The notes under the pieces were generated by a model that made no database searches, was not told the origin of the DNA, and saw only the letters and a program-made list of their open reading frames with translations. A stretch of DNA of 64,000 nucleotides. It comes from an uncultured virus (IMG/VR IMGVR_UViG_3300034374_010562) (Duplodnaviria; Heunggongvirae; Uroviricota; Caudoviricetes). The stretch lies in IMG/VR virus record IMGVR_UViG_3300034374_010562; one strand, given 5' to 3'. Both the position numbers and the translations under genes were made by a program. Positions 9,108-18,559 of this stretch are shown here, in pieces. Every line of letters begins with the position of its first letter. Within the stretch, counting starts at the first letter, position 1.

Positions 9108-9880
9108 ATAACGCTGAGACTACACGTCTTATGGACCCGTCTTTAGTGAGATTACCCTAATAGTCGGTTGCTCACTTGTCCACCACAGTTGCCCATGGTA
9201 TCGAGTCAGTGTCGGTTACTATCGGTAACCAATCGTTTCGTTAACAACTACTCAACTACTACTCTACGCTGTTAAGTCTTGCGGACTCACGAAGGGATGG
9301 CCGTCCCACCAGATATTTTGTAATCGACATTGAAAGACTTGCGGTCTGTTCAACGACTTCGTTAATCTCACGACTCGAAGTCTTAGACACCTTTCGTTGT
9401 CAACGCCCGAAGACTCTTGCTTGTCATTTAATTTTCAATCCCTTGGTTCAGGATTATTGTTATTAAACTAGCAATTGTGGAAGAAGGAAAGATGTGCTTC
9501 GGGAGAAGGTCCGTTCCTTTGGAGAACAGAATGCTTCACACCTCTCTGTAAGTCTGCAAACTTACGGTCAGTCAGGACTTCGTAGACTTAAACGTCTCGG
9601 AAACCCATCAGACTGGTACCCAGCCCTACGACACCTTGCAGGGTGTGTCGAACCGTCACCTGTAGCTTTTCCTATTGATGTCACCATCTCAACTCTGATA
9701 TTCCACGGACTCAGAGTAACCTCTTCCCCCCAGCAGTTGCCCTCGGGGAATCGGCCGTAGCCACTTTGTTTAGTTGTCAATCTCACGACTGCGAACATTC
9801 ACGGTGTACTAATCCCGCTTCAGTCCCTTTAGTCCCATTACTGGGGTTATCTAACGACGCTAAACCGCCGTATTCGGAAT
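9108..9880 (-). ncRNA. Large structured RNA, GOLLD-like (~770 nt)
   Basis: GC-richer island with no credible ORF. Many minus-strand GNRA-capped hairpins (CCCAGTAATGGG, GATGGTGACATC, GACCGCAAGTC, GTCCGCAAGAC, CCTGCAAGG). The 3' end GAGTAGTAGTTGAGT..ACCGACACTGA..GGTGGACAAG..TAATCTC..TAAAG..GTAGTCTCAGC resembles the GOLLD 3' domain as I recall it. Has its own promoters and terminator; boundaries approximate. Confidence 0.7.
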
Positions 9881-9958
9881 GAATGATTTAAATAAATAAA
9901 AGAAAGGAGGTCAACCTGTGTTGAACACTAACAATCATTCAAACCTGAATAAACAATA

Positions 9959-10120
9959 TGTAAAGAACGTTTTTCAACTAAATCTTTGACAAATCTAAAA
10001 AAAGATTTTCAGTCTGTCAAACAATTTCCAAAAAAAAGTTTTTATTTAGTAGGGTAAGCTATAAATATACCTTTGTTTTTGAAAGTTATACGAAGATAAA
10101 AAAAATTTAGTCTCCGTCAA
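9959..10120 (-). promoter_or_regulatory. Tandem promoters plus boxA-like element driving the ncRNA
   Basis: TTGAC N17 TATCTTCG (10120-10091), TATTTAT (10067-10061), TTTGAC N18 TAGATTTG (10021-9990), CGTTCTTTACA (9969-9959). Confidence 0.6.
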
Positions 10121-10216
10121 GTAGTTTTCTTAATTTTTTTAGAAATTTCTTTAAAAATTAAGGAAGTGGGGTTGTAAGCCATCTTAAAATACCCACTGTA
10201 TCTATCTTTTGGACCA

Positions 10217-10432
10217 TCAACGGGCCATACCCTTTTCATCAAAGTTAGATTTAAGTGCTTCTAATTTATCACTTGCTGAAGCCATCTTATCAACTAACTC
10301 ATTCATCTCTTCCAAGTGTTGAGGGTGTTCTCCGATTCCTACGGAATTATTGAAGTAAACTTCTAATGTTGCTTTTGCTTCTAACAGTTCGGCTTCGTAT
10401 TTTGCCACGAGGGCTTTGTACATTAAACTCAT
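10217..10432 (-). CDS. Small conserved phage coiled-coil protein (VGIGEHP motif)
   Basis: 71 aa, ATGA-coupled to the NUDIX gene. Confidence 0.75.
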   Translation of the reverse strand: MSLMYKALVAKYEAELLEAKATLEVYFNNSVGIGEHPQHLEEMNELVDKMASASDKLEALKSNFDEKGMAR

Positions 10433-10836
10433 TTTAGTATAATATTTAGTAATTTATTAAATTGTTCTGTCATTGGAGAAGGTAGTTCGTCTTTTCCAAA
10501 ATATCCACATTCGGTGTGTTCATCACCATCTTTTGCGGTATTAAGGTTGGGTGTCAAATCTTCTTCAGTATCATAAAGGTAACAATACATCTCACCTTTT
10601 ACTTTACTACCATCCCTATTGGTTCGTTTAATTATACCACAAAATTTTGGCACTTTCAACAGGGTAATGTCAGTTTCTTCAAAAAACTCCCTCATCGCAC
10701 CTTTTAGTGGGTCTTCCCCTTCTTCAACACTACCTGCAGGACACGACCAATGACCTGGTAATGAACCTTCAGCATTTCTTTTACAAAGTAATACCTTATT
10801 ATTTTTTCGGACAATAACTCCTGCGTATTTTTTCAT
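10429..10836 (-). CDS. NUDIX hydrolase
   Basis: Nudix box GSVEEGEDPLKGAMREFFEETD. Confidence 0.92.
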   Translation of the reverse strand: MKKYAGVIVRKNNKVLLCKRNAEGSLPGHWSCPAGSVEEGEDPLKGAMREFFEETDITLLKVPKFCGIIKRTNRDGSKVKGEMYCYLYDTEEDLTPNLNTAKDGDEHTECGYFGKDELPSPMTEQFNKLLNIILK

Positions 10837-10863
10837 AATATCATTGTTTAGATATTTATAAAT

Positions 10864-11223
10864 ATGAAAGTAACTATAGGTAATACAGATATTAAAGTCA
10901 AATTAGCAGTAACTCCTGAAGCTGTTCGTAATGGAATGCAAAAAAAGAGATTTGACGAAGACTATCAAGGGATGTTTTTCTTGATGCCATCTAAACAGGA
11001 ACAATCTTTCTGGATGTTCGACTGTATCATACCTTTAGACATTATATTCATTGATGGTGACACTATTACTACTATTCACTCTGACTGCCCTCCATGTGAA
11101 AATGAATTGGAATGTGAATCTTACAGAGGTTTTGGTGATAAGGTTTTAGAAATTGCTGGTGGTAGTTCCGAACAATTGGGTATAAAAAAAGGAGACAAAG
11201 TCTCCTTCTCATTATTTAATTAA
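10864..11223 (+). CDS. DUF192 family protein
   Basis: GMFF, FWMFDCIIPLDIIFI, VLEIAGG...GIKKGD motifs. Confidence 0.88.
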   Translation: MKVTIGNTDIKVKLAVTPEAVRNGMQKKRFDEDYQGMFFLMPSKQEQSFWMFDCIIPLDIIFIDGDTITTIHSDCPPCENELECESYRGFGDKVLEIAGGSSEQLGIKKGDKVSFSLFN

Positions 11224-13386
11224 CTCACTCAATTTGGTTGAGGTTTCAATACCTACAATACCATCTACTTGAAGTTCGTTATCTCTTTGGAACTTTTTAA
11301 TTGCACTTTTGGTCATACCCCCAAACTCACCGTCAACACCATTACCTTCATCACCAAAGGTTCCTAAATCATATCCATTGTCTACCAAAATTTGTTGTAT
11401 TTGTTCAACTCCTTTACCTGAAGAACCTGAGGAAATTAATTCACTATTATCACCATTGCTAATAATATCTATTATAGTTAAATCTTTTTTAACAACATCA
11501 CTTATTTTCTTGTCTTCAGGTTTTTTGTCTATAACATTTGAAACGTGAAGATGGTCTCTATGTGAACCATCAGGCATATACCACAGAACTGCCTTTGGAT
11601 TTCTACTACCCTCTGCATTTCTGTTATAACCTAACGATTCTAACGCATCACATAATCTATCACCCGCAGTTTTAAAACCGTCACGATTGCGTCTTCTACT
11701 TTTAGGTTCTGTTTCTTTAGGATTATCCAAATCTTGTAATCTCGAAAGGTCTACTGCCATCTCTTTCCAGTGTCTACTAATGTTACCACTCTTTGTGGTT
11801 TTATTGTGTCCTTTTTTAGCGTAACTAATCTCAACATTAACGTTTGCAATTTTAGCAGCAGTTGCAATATCATCAATTAATTCTTGAGGTATAGAATCAT
11901 TTAGTGCCCTATCACTTACAGTGATGTTAGAATATGCTTCATCACCTATTCTCATCATATCTTCTTTAACCACCTGTTCACCACCTTTAGATTGGTTAAT
12001 CTTTTCTTTCAACTTTCTTACAAACTCCGCTTGAATCATCTTAGCGAACTTAACATATGGTGCATCACCACTGTCTTTACGGTATTTGTATTTACCCTGA
12101 GGTGGTCTCTTACTTCTACCGAAATAATTCAAAGCAGAGATGTTGGTAATACATTTGTGACCACCTGAGTTTGCTTGAATCATCTCCCAAGCAGGAACAC
12201 CCAACCTATCCAAAATTGACATCTCATCATCTGTTAGTTTAGAGAATGGTTTGTCCATAATTTGTTTTAGGTTTTCCATATAATCTTCACCACCTTCCAT
12301 TGAACGTATCTTCTTTCCGTAGAACGCTTCCAAATCGGCGTTGGTAAATCCTACTGAACCATCTTTCGCAGATGTTTCTGAAACCCACTTAATAGTTGAT
12401 AAAGGAATAATCTTTTCCTCCAACTGACTTCTCCACTTTTCTAAAACCTCTTGAGCAATCTCACCTAAGTTTACACCTTTCAATTCACGGTCTGATTTAA
12501 ATGGGTTACATGATGCTTGAACCAATCCCATTGGCCATGCAATAACTAAAAAGTCTGCCTCAGGATTATTTTTAAATGGTGTGTATCTGTCGTATGAACC
12601 TGGTCTAAACATTGAACCACCACCATATTGGATGATGATACCATCTTCAAATCTTACATTTGGACTATCACTTTGTGCTTTTACATAGTCCTGTTGGTTT
12701 GCCCTCATCATCTGAGGTGATGCGTAACCTTCACGTTTTGCAATCCTTAATATGTTTTGAAATATGTTTAATAATGATGGTTTAGATGTCATCACCAACT
12801 CTTCCATAAAACCTGGTTTGTTTTTGTAGGCCAACATCAATTTGTTGGTTGCCAATCCCAACGCCATTTTGTTTTTCTGAAGAGTCTTATCTTTCTCCAA
12901 TTTGAAAACAAAGTTCATAATGTCATCAGGTGTTAATCCGAATCTTGAGAAATCGGCAGAATCTACAGTGGAAATAAGTGTAATGTCTTCCGTTGGGAAT
13001 ATTTCCTTTGGTGACATAATCTGTGAGATGGTTGCAACGTTAGAACGTGAAGGTCTAAATGAAGTTGCAGTATCACCCTCAACACCACTTTGACTATCGT
13101 GGTGGTCAGTATGAATTACGAACATCGGCTTACCGTGAGCAAAGTCTACTAAGACTGGCATCGTATCACCTGTGGCATCTTGCTTTTTAATAGCAAACTC
13201 TTTATCCCCATATTGGATAATCTCGGAATCAACCACTTTGATTCCATTGTCCTCTAAATAATTCTTCATTGCCAAAGCTGTTGTTACCCCATCCAAATCT
13301 TGGTGGAAGTAAATCTTCGCTTTAGGATATCTCTTGGCTAATTCCTTAATGTTTCTTAACCCTGATTCTTTAATTAATTTTTTCAT
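11212..13386 (-). CDS. DHH phosphoesterase fused to an M15-like Zn peptidase and a peptidoglycan-binding domain (likely start MKKLIKE at 13386)
   Basis: HQDLDG, VDFAHG, HTDHH, SGGH; then SRHW..AVD..HRDHLHVS; C-terminal PG_binding_1 pattern VDGEFG..TKSAIKKFQ....LQVDGIVG.ET. Confidence 0.8.
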   Translation of the reverse strand: MKKLIKESGLRNIKELAKRYPKAKIYFHQDLDGVTTALAMKNYLEDNGIKVVDSEIIQYGDKEFAIKKQDATGDTMPVLVDFAHGKPMFVIHTDHHDSQSGVEGDTATSFRPSRSNVATISQIMSPKEIFPTEDITLISTVDSADFSRFGLTPDDIMNFVFKLEKDKTLQKNKMALGLATNKLMLAYKNKPGFMEELVMTSKPSLLNIFQNILRIAKREGYASPQMMRANQQDYVKAQSDSPNVRFEDGIIIQYGGGSMFRPGSYDRYTPFKNNPEADFLVIAWPMGLVQASCNPFKSDRELKGVNLGEIAQEVLEKWRSQLEEKIIPLSTIKWVSETSAKDGSVGFTNADLEAFYGKKIRSMEGGEDYMENLKQIMDKPFSKLTDDEMSILDRLGVPAWEMIQANSGGHKCITNISALNYFGRSKRPPQGKYKYRKDSGDAPYVKFAKMIQAEFVRKLKEKINQSKGGEQVVKEDMMRIGDEAYSNITVSDRALNDSIPQELIDDIATAAKIANVNVEISYAKKGHNKTTKSGNISRHWKEMAVDLSRLQDLDNPKETEPKSRRRNRDGFKTAGDRLCDALESLGYNRNAEGSRNPKAVLWYMPDGSHRDHLHVSNVIDKKPEDKKISDVVKKDLTIIDIISNGDNSELISSGSSGKGVEQIQQILVDNGYDLGTFGDEGNGVDGEFGGMTKSAIKKFQRDNELQVDGIVGIETSTKLSELIK

Positions 13387-13387
13387 A

Positions 13388-13792
13388 TTAGTCCCACGAA
13401 GCGGAAACTCTAATTCCACCCTTACCTTTAGTATCAACACTATAGTGCATCTTATCATCAGTAACAGAATGGAAACCTAACTCCCCACCACTACTTAAAT
13501 CAATAAAATCTTTAGACTTAAATTGTTTACCTTGTAAATTATCTGAACTACCAGCAACTTTTGCCCCATCAAATGCTCTCATAATAACCCACTTATGTTC
13601 TGGGTCCATAAGATATTCATTCTCTTTAGTAAAATCTTTGGGTACTAAATTTTCTCTTTTTGCAATATCAACAAGAGAACCTTTCATGGACTTACTACTA
13701 TTTTGTTCTGTTAAATATTGATTTTTGGTCGCACTAACGTGCATTCCTAAAATTCTTTGTTTTTCACTTTCATCAATTCTATATGGCTTCAT
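13388..13792 (-). CDS. Hypothetical phage protein with ESEKQRILGMH leader
   Basis: 134 aa, TATTTAT upstream. Confidence 0.7.
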   Translation of the reverse strand: MKPYRIDESEKQRILGMHVSATKNQYLTEQNSSKSMKGSLVDIAKRENLVPKDFTKENEYLMDPEHKWVIMRAFDGAKVAGSSDNLQGKQFKSKDFIDLSSGGELGFHSVTDDKMHYSVDTKGKGGIRVSASWD

Positions 13793-13840
13793 AATAAAAA
13801 GGTTTATCCATAAATATACTGATAAAGAAAAAACCCCTTC

Positions 13841-14722
13841 TTATGAAGAGGTTTCGTCAACTACAATCTCAAGTTGTTGTTGGTTTAACTTATATTCTTT
13901 AATCCTTTCTTTAGCAACCTTAACGTAATTAGATGAAATGTCACATCCAATCCACGGTCTTCCCAACATCTCAGCAGCTAAACAGGTAGTTCCCGAACCG
14001 TTGAATGGGTCAAATACCAGGTCCTCTTTGTAGGATAAGATTTTGATGGCTCTGTATGGAATATCCAATGAGAATGTTGCTTTGGTCTTTTGTTGTGTAT
14101 CGGCAAAATAATTCCATTGACCGAATACCAATGACATAAAGTCTTTTTTATCCTTCTCATCATAGACCAACTTCTTTCTGAACTCACCTTCAATCTTTTC
14201 GTTGGGAACCATTTCATACTCACCTTTCCATTGAGGTGTTCCCTTAACCTGCTTCTTAGAAACGTTCTTATACGCTAAGATAACACATTCCTTTGGATTG
14301 TAGATGTATGGTGCCGATGGACTCATCCAACTTCCCCACGCAGTTGTCTTACTTCTATGTGGTGAACTCTCCTCCAAATCTACGATTCCAAAGAACCCAA
14401 AACCCAGTTGCTTCATCACCTGCCAAATCTCTGATGAGAAATATATTCTCCCACCTTTCTTCTGACGGTTAATCTCATAAGGAATGTTTACCGCAATACG
14501 ACCATCGTCCCTCAACACTCTATAAGTAGCACTGAGCCACTCACGAGTAAATCTCATATACTCGTCAAAGTATTTATCATCGTCCCAATTGTCATAATCG
14601 ATACCCACACCATAAGGAGGTGAGGTAACAATCAAGTCAACCGACTTCTCCGGCATTTCATTCATAAACTTCACTGACTCTGAACAGTGAATGTCCCCAA
14701 TAATATCTTTCATTTCTTTCAT
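13841..14722 (-). CDS. DNA methyltransferase, N4-C/N6-A, beta class
   Basis: DLIVTSPPY catalytic motif N-terminal; FDPFNGSGTT SAM motif C-terminal. Confidence 0.93.
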   Translation of the reverse strand: MKEMKDIIGDIHCSESVKFMNEMPEKSVDLIVTSPPYGVGIDYDNWDDDKYFDEYMRFTREWLSATYRVLRDDGRIAVNIPYEINRQKKGGRIYFSSEIWQVMKQLGFGFFGIVDLEESSPHRSKTTAWGSWMSPSAPYIYNPKECVILAYKNVSKKQVKGTPQWKGEYEMVPNEKIEGEFRKKLVYDEKDKKDFMSLVFGQWNYFADTQQKTKATFSLDIPYRAIKILSYKEDLVFDPFNGSGTTCLAAEMLGRPWIGCDISSNYVKVAKERIKEYKLNQQQLEIVVDETSS

Positions 14723-14895
14723 TCTCCTTTATTAAAAAACCCATATAAAAATACCATAAGTGATAAGGGCCACAATAATATGATGTATAATCTTTCTCCT
14801 CCTGTAAACCTGTCGTTCGATACCTTATCAACCAACGTCTCCAATATCAAACCAACTATTGCCCCGATAAGAAGATACTTTAATAAAAAAGCCAT
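14719..14895 (-). CDS. Small two-TM membrane protein (58 aa), not in the ORF track
   Basis: MAFLLKYLLIGAIVGLILE...LYIILLWPLSLMVFLYGFFNKGE; fills the gap and is coupled on both sides. Confidence 0.65.
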   Translation of the reverse strand: MAFLLKYLLIGAIVGLILETLVDKVSNDRFTGGERLYIILLWPLSLMVFLYGFFNKGE

Positions 14896-15119
14896 CATTC
14901 GTCCAACGTTTTAATGCGACGGTCCAAATACCATAACGCCTTTTTCAAATCCTGAACTGGTGGGTTATCATCTTTCTTCCCACTCCTAACAATATACTTA
15001 AGAACATTGAATAGGTACGCATCCTTATCCAAACCTGTCGCCTCAGCAATCTTAACAACCTCATAAGGGTTTTCCTGACCACCATAATGGTCAGGGTGAT
15101 TAACCATCTCTTTACGCAT
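14895..15119 (-). CDS. DUF3310 family protein
   Basis: VNHPDHY, NVLKYIVRSGKK, QDLKKALWYLDR. Confidence 0.88.
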   Translation of the reverse strand: MRKEMVNHPDHYGGQENPYEVVKIAEATGLDKDAYLFNVLKYIVRSGKKDDNPPVQDLKKALWYLDRRIKTLDE

Positions 15120-15120
15120 C

Positions 15121-15318
15121 TTACTCTTGTGATTTTAAAACATAGTAGCCCGAAGAGTATCTACTTTCAACTATCTTACCTTCCTCAATCATCTTATTTA
15201 ACACCTCACGAGTTTCCCTAATAGGTAGTTTAAGAATGTATTGTGAAATGTAGTTGATGTGAATGGGTAAACGTAATTTACCTTCCAACAGACGAGTAGT
15301 TTCCTTACTTTGATTCAT
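15121..15318 (-). CDS. Hypothetical winged-helix-like protein (likely start MNQSKE)
   Basis: Track ORF 15121..15390, start trimmed. Confidence 0.55.
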   Translation of the reverse strand: MNQSKETTRLLEGKLRLPIHINYISQYILKLPIRETREVLNKMIEEGKIVESRYSSGYYVLKSQE

Positions 15319-15547
15319 ACTTTTTTCTTTTATTTTCTTTTCTAAGTTTTCTCTTTTTCTTGTCCGACAAGTTACCACTAATTTCATCAACCTCCAAATC
15401 TGAAGTTTGATTTTTTACAGTCTTAGTCTTACGAGTCTTCTTCCACTCTTCTTTTCCACAGTATTCCCATCCACCCATGCGAACCATGTTCTCTGCTTGA
15501 GTGTCTTCAACTCTACGGATTTCGTTTCCTTTTTTAATCGTCTTCAT
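15305..15547 (-). CDS. Small basic hypothetical protein (MKTIKKGNEIRRV)
   Basis: Lys/Arg-rich, coupled within the operon. Confidence 0.6.
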   Translation of the reverse strand: MKTIKKGNEIRRVEDTQAENMVRMGGWEYCGKEEWKKTRKTKTVKNQTSDLEVDEISGNLSDKKKRKLRKENKRKKYESK

Positions 15548-16499
15548 AATCTTCAATTTTCCAGTTTTCATAAGGAATCATCTCCTTCGGGTGATTCTTT
15601 AAGAATGATTTATGTAAATAAGTATGGGGATTATTTTCCACTTTATCAAGATATGCACCCCAAAAAGATAAAGTGGAATTAGATAAAATATGTTTGTTAC
15701 AACGAGACATCAACTCCATACAAACATATGCATCTTCGTCAATATAAATGAACCTCCACACAGGCATATCAAAAGACTCAATCATCTTTCTTGCACGTCC
15801 TAAGTTGTCTGAGAATACCAACACTCGAGTATCTTCCTCAATTAAGTCTTCCAACTTTTTTTGTACCCAACTAGGTGGAACCGTATCAGGTTGCATAAAG
15901 TCATGGTCACTACCCATTCGTAAATGTAATGAGATGGTATCACTATCAAAGTATGGTTTGAAATGGAAATCCAACCATTTGGAATATTCCTCATTTAAAC
16001 TGAACATATCTAAAAGATATTCTCTATTGTGGTGCCAGTATTGATAGTTGAAGAAATATCCTTGCATTAAGAACGGAGTATTCATCACCTCATCTAAATC
16101 ATAGAACACACCACCTTTACCAGTGTCCCAATCATATGCTGTGTCCTGATAGAACCACCAATCAAAAGCATTCGGTCTACTATTAAACCACGGCAACTTT
16201 GGAAAGATGTCGTCCATAGATATTGCCTTCTCCTTCATTGGATGTCCCCCCCATGGTTCAAAGTGGTGGTTACGAGCATATCTATTTAGTCTTTTAGACC
16301 AACGTGAACTCTCCGTCTGATGACTGGTCCAATACCCCAACAGTGGGTCCAAACCTTTATCTTTACAATATGAAAGGACTGTTGCCATTTGGAACATAAT
16401 GTTACCCAGTCCACCTGCTAAGATGACCGAAACAGTTTTATCCGTTAGGTTAACTTCTTGTTTCTCCTTTAATACTCCAACATATTGATATTCCGCCAT
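15534..16499 (-). CDS. Alpha-1,2-fucosyltransferase-like, GT11
   Basis: GGLGNIMFQ, QGYF, SLHLRMG, VFSDN, SNSTLSFWGAYL motifs. Confidence 0.9.
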   Translation of the reverse strand: MAEYQYVGVLKEKQEVNLTDKTVSVILAGGLGNIMFQMATVLSYCKDKGLDPLLGYWTSHQTESSRWSKRLNRYARNHHFEPWGGHPMKEKAISMDDIFPKLPWFNSRPNAFDWWFYQDTAYDWDTGKGGVFYDLDEVMNTPFLMQGYFFNYQYWHHNREYLLDMFSLNEEYSKWLDFHFKPYFDSDTISLHLRMGSDHDFMQPDTVPPSWVQKKLEDLIEEDTRVLVFSDNLGRARKMIESFDMPVWRFIYIDEDAYVCMELMSRCNKHILSNSTLSFWGAYLDKVENNPHTYLHKSFLKNHPKEMIPYENWKIEDYEDD

Positions 16500-16502
16500 A
16501 AT

Positions 16503-17123
16503 CTATTTTCTTTTAAATAAAATATCACCCCACTCTTCACCTGAGTCTGCTCGAGTGACTTCCTCAAATCCAAATTGCTTAACGTATAAAATTAAATCCT
16601 CCACCATTGGACATCCAATGTAGTTTTCATGAGTATGGTATTCACATACAATATACTCGAACTTACTAATCATACCCTTCAATGATTTTAGAATGGACAA
16701 TTCACTACCCTCAGTATCAATACTCAAAAAGTTAATCTCTCTCATATCAATACCAAATAAATCTATAACGTCTTTGAGAGGTCGTGTCTTTACCTTAATA
16801 ACATCACTGATGGTATGTGATTGATTGTCATACAGTTCAGGTCTGTTGTTTGGGAATAGTAATGATGATGATTGACCATTGGATGACACATAAAAGTCCA
16901 TCTCACCATCCAAATCAGAGATTGCCTGATGAATGAAATACTGGTTTTCGTAAATACGAATATTGTCCTGAATTATTTTGAATTTTTGAGGGTTAGCTTC
17001 GATATAGTAAACAGGTTCAAACCCATTTTCATAATACCACTTACGTTCTTCAGCTTCGTAAGCCCCAACATGAATAACCCCACGAGGATTGTCAATGTAA
17101 TCGTTAAGATTCTTTATTAACAT
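16503..17123 (-). CDS. FkbM family methyltransferase
   Basis: IHVGA, IEANP, SSSLL, IDTEGSEL, WGDILF. Confidence 0.9.
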   Translation of the reverse strand: MLIKNLNDYIDNPRGVIHVGAYEAEERKWYYENGFEPVYYIEANPQKFKIIQDNIRIYENQYFIHQAISDLDGEMDFYVSSNGQSSSLLFPNNRPELYDNQSHTISDVIKVKTRPLKDVIDLFGIDMREINFLSIDTEGSELSILKSLKGMISKFEYIVCEYHTHENYIGCPMVEDLILYVKQFGFEEVTRADSGEEWGDILFKRK

Positions 17124-17292
17124 CTAATTTTTGAATAATTTCTTCTTTATCGAGTCCTTGGTAGAACTCATCAATAAAGTTAGATGACCAGTTGTCCATA
17201 ATCAAGCCATCGACATTGAATAAATCGTGCAAAAATTCGTTAGGTGTTGATAAAATTAAATCCTTAGTTATAAATCGTTTGTTGAAACCCAT
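17104..17292 (-). CDS. Hypothetical protein (MGFNKRFI)
   Basis: 62 aa ORF in operon. Confidence 0.6.
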   Translation of the reverse strand: MGFNKRFITKDLILSTPNEFLHDLFNVDGLIMDNWSSNFIDEFYQGLDKEEIIQKLDVNKES

Positions 17293-17675
17293 TTGTGTTC
17301 TGAATTAAGTCTTACTGATGCTATATGTTTCCTGTTCCACTCATGTGGTGCCACCAAAGATAAGAAATATTTCTCATCATTACCAACATATAAATGATAA
17401 ATTTCACCAATCACCGGCTCAAACGAATACTTTGAGTTGTAAATCATATTATTCAACTCGACCTCATCAATCAGATGATTGTATTCGTCAACCAGTTCTT
17501 TGTATTTTGCATTGAACGTTTTCTGAACTCTGTTAACACCTCTCTCCTTAAACGCACCCACATCATCTAATTTGATGACTGGTCCTGAGACACTGGTTGC
17601 GTAAGGTAAAATCGAAGCGTTGTATTTTTGAGTCTTTTCGTCGTAGACTATGTTATCGGGTTTCTTCGACTGCAT
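17268..17675 (-). CDS. DUF2452-like protein (likely start MQSKKPD)
   Basis: LPYATSVSGP.IK, YSFEPVIGEIYHLY, FLSLVAPHEW. Confidence 0.75.
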   Translation of the reverse strand: MQSKKPDNIVYDEKTQKYNASILPYATSVSGPVIKLDDVGAFKERGVNRVQKTFNAKYKELVDEYNHLIDEVELNNMIYNSKYSFEPVIGEIYHLYVGNDEKYFLSLVAPHEWNRKHIASVRLNSEHKWVSTNDL

Positions 17676-17775
17676 AGATATAGGCTCTGATTTTTCCACC
17701 CAACTCAATGTCGTTGGGAGTTTCTTTTACCATCTTAAGGATTTCTTGGGGGTCTAACGTTACTGTGTTTTCCAT
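17653..17775 (-). CDS. Small protein (40 aa, PNDIELGGKIR), not in the ORF track
   Basis: MENTVTLDPQEILKMVKETPNDIELGGKIRAYIYAVEETR starts 1 nt after the upstream stop. Confidence 0.6.
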   Translation of the reverse strand: MENTVTLDPQEILKMVKETPNDIELGGKIRAYIYAVEETR

Positions 17776-17776
17776 A

Positions 17777-18517
17777 TTACTCTTGTATTTTTTGAATTTT
17801 TACTGATTGGAATATAAAACTCATTATCTTTCTTCTAGCCAAAGATAATAAAGCACCTTCTAATGGGTATTCCTGAGAACATTCTACATGAAATAAAGGA
17901 AATTGTAAACCCATTTCTTCGTTTTGTATATCACCGTTTGGACCAAATTTACCAAACTCAACTATGATACTCTCAATCAATCTTTGAGGTCCCTGGTATA
18001 TGTTCCTAACGTAGCATTTATTCTCAACCGCACTCTCGTCAATTCTATTGATATTGTATTCGTAAACGTAAAGTTCGTCTTTGTAATTTAAATAAAAGTA
18101 ACCCCAACCCGCTTTTAAGAAATCTCTATTTTTTACAATACTGATTTGAACGTCGTCATAGACCAACGACCATAGAGACTTTGCAACCATAAACATATCG
18201 GTTAGTTTAACATGTGCAAATTCGGCTAATTTTTTGATTTCTACTAACTCCTCTTTGGTTTTTCCTTTTATGGGTTTGAAATCTAAATCCTTCACTAATA
18301 TCTCATCATCAACCTCCACAGGTTTTTTGTTGAGCATTAACATCTGATTATTTTTTTTGATACGAGTGATGTTTGCAAGATGCAGAGTAACCTCCTGAAA
18401 TGTTGGGTATATCTCAAAACGAGCCAACTTTTCATTCACCTTCTTTTCGTAATCCAATAAAAGATATTGTTTGTATTCAAAATCTATTGGCTCTTCTGTA
18501 ATCCAATCTAACTCCAT
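17777..18517 (-). CDS. Conserved hypothetical protein (W.TE..IDFEYKQYLLL.Y)
   Basis: 246 aa ORF. Confidence 0.75.
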   Translation of the reverse strand: MELDWITEEPIDFEYKQYLLLDYEKKVNEKLARFEIYPTFQEVTLHLANITRIKKNNQMLMLNKKPVEVDDEILVKDLDFKPIKGKTKEELVEIKKLAEFAHVKLTDMFMVAKSLWSLVYDDVQISIVKNRDFLKAGWGYFYLNYKDELYVYEYNINRIDESAVENKCYVRNIYQGPQRLIESIIVEFGKFGPNGDIQNEEMGLQFPLFHVECSQEYPLEGALLSLARRKIMSFIFQSVKIQKIQE

Positions 18518-18559
18518 ATCAATTTAAAACTATGTGATTAATATAATAATCAGAAAGAA

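Noticed and set aside
9494..9798. Track ORFs 9494..9760 (+) and 9568..9798 (-)
   Set aside because: Atypical composition, non-ATG starts, and they lie inside the structured RNA
9108..9880. rRNA, tmRNA, RNase P, group I/II intron or tRNA
   Set aside because: No recognisable conserved cores or cloverleaf; the element is intergenic with its own promoter and terminator
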